DNA of 63,891 nucleotides, filler included, from Ministeria vibrans ATCC 50519 (Eukaryota; Protista; Filasterea): NCBI GenBank assembly GCA_943704425.1. It is 11 parts of 11 records of this genome, joined end to end, with 100 filler letters (N's around TTAATTAATTAA, not from the genome) between each part and the next. Parts side by side here need not be neighbours in the genome. Positions count along the whole stretch, not along the records: positions 62,789 to 63,891 come from CALSCP010002657.1; 10 more parts are not named here. One strand, 5' to 3'. Shown piece by piece: positions 62,790 to 63,891 of this stretch (position 1 is its first letter; each line of letters starts with the position of its first letter). The notes under the pieces were generated by a model. It saw only the letters and a program-made list of their open reading frames with translations, ran no database searches and was not told where the DNA came from. The position numbers and the translations under genes were made by a program.

Positions 62790-63891
62790 GCAGCAGGGCC
62801 GACAGTGTGATCAATGGGTCGCGATTGAGCTCGAGTGTGTCCAACTGTGCCACGCGCGACAAAAGAGGAATCGCGTTCTGGCGTGCCGCGCGACCCAGCA
62901 GATCTTGCACACACACATACTCCAGTGGCAGTGTGCGTGGTCGCACCGAGTCGTGCAGTGCTTGAGTGAGTGCGCCCAGTCCTACTTTGGTGCTGCTGCC
63001 CACCTGGAAGAAGGGCACATTTGAGCCATCGGTCGGGCGCATCAGATGGCTGCCGAGCAGGTAGCCCACCAGACGCAGAATCTTGTCGGAGATGACGGTG
63101 AGCAGATCGGTGGGCACCGTCTCGTCGGGGAACGTGTCGAGATGAGTGCCAACGAGGATGACGCGGAAGTAGGCGTTGTTGACGGTGGGCACTTGGTGGG
63201 CAATGATGTGCGCCCACTTGGTGATGTGCTCGTACTGTCGCTCGGCGGTGACTGTGTTGCGCATCACAGACAGGTCAAAGACAATCACGTAGAGTGACTC
63301 GGAGCCCATGAAGAGCGCAGGGAGCGAGTCAAACGTCTCTTCGCCTAAGAGGTAAAGAGGTTCAGAGAGAGAAACGGAACGGATCAGAGTAGAAAACATG
63401 GTTCAAGACGACCAACCTGCAAAGTCGAATGTCTCGAGATCAATGTGACCATCGCGCAGTTCAGACTCGAGCAGCACGTGCACCGCCTGCATCGTGTCTG
63501 CGGCAGTGGGAGAGAACGAAGGTGGAGGCGTGAATGGCGGCATTGAGGACGATGTAGAGGGAGGCGGCGATGTTGCATGGGGAGCTGATAAAGATGCTGA
63601 TGATGAGGATGGACCGGCATCGGTTGAGCGTGTGGAAGCGTTCTGATGGGTGGGTGGAGACGACGTGCCCGCATCGGGCATGTCAGGCTGGAACTGTTCT
63701 CCAATGAGACTGGCGAGATGAAACTCCTCCTGCGGCACAGCCTCAAAAAAGCCCTTGTCTCCGCTGTAGACCATTCGCAGTCGCTGCAATCGAGTGGCAA
63801 TGGTGCGATCTGCGTCGGAGGGCAGTGACAGTCCCTGGAGAGCACAGAGCAGTGCCGTCTTGCCAGCCATCACTGCCCCCAGACACAGCAG
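62790..63891 (-). CDS. Roc(-COR) GTPase domain of a ROCO-type protein (internal fragment)
   Basis: GAVMAGKT P-loop, FDFAG, LYVIVFDLS, W..II, VILVGTHLD, and SSTKVGLGAL followed by PLEY. Confidence 0.8.

Overview
Compact, intron-rich eukaryotic DNA: GC-rich exons, GT-AG introns full of (CA)n/(CT)n/(AAT)n microsatellites, and very short intergenic gaps. The gene content (MYO1D/G-type tail, PACSIN, Caprin, LARGE, KCMF1, Lines, Unkempt, MAPKAP kinase, Roc GTPase, many EGF-repeat receptors) points to a unicellular relative of animals; this placement is inference. The window is not contiguous. About ten N-runs carry the artificial six-frame-stop linker TTAATTAATTAA, so it is roughly 11 concatenated contigs, and adjacency across those linkers means nothing. 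About 27 genes or fragments were reconstructed by eye; family calls come from remembered motifs, not database searches. Most interesting: (i) an EGF-repeat receptor with a Notch-HD/SEA-like juxtamembrane module (RRR ... GSVVL ... SATDV), plus a tandem paralogue with a different cytoplasmic tail; (ii) a neighbouring giant EGF receptor with an extracellular ZU5-like module before the membrane; (iii) a Tse2-like ADP-ribosyltransferase-fold ORF followed in frame, after one TAA, by a second long ORF; (iv) a tandem dimeric alpha-beta-barrel-like protein that looks bacterial; (v) several microsatellite-free intergenic islands with strong RNA-like base pairing; (vi) two short dispersed motifs embedded in microsatellites.
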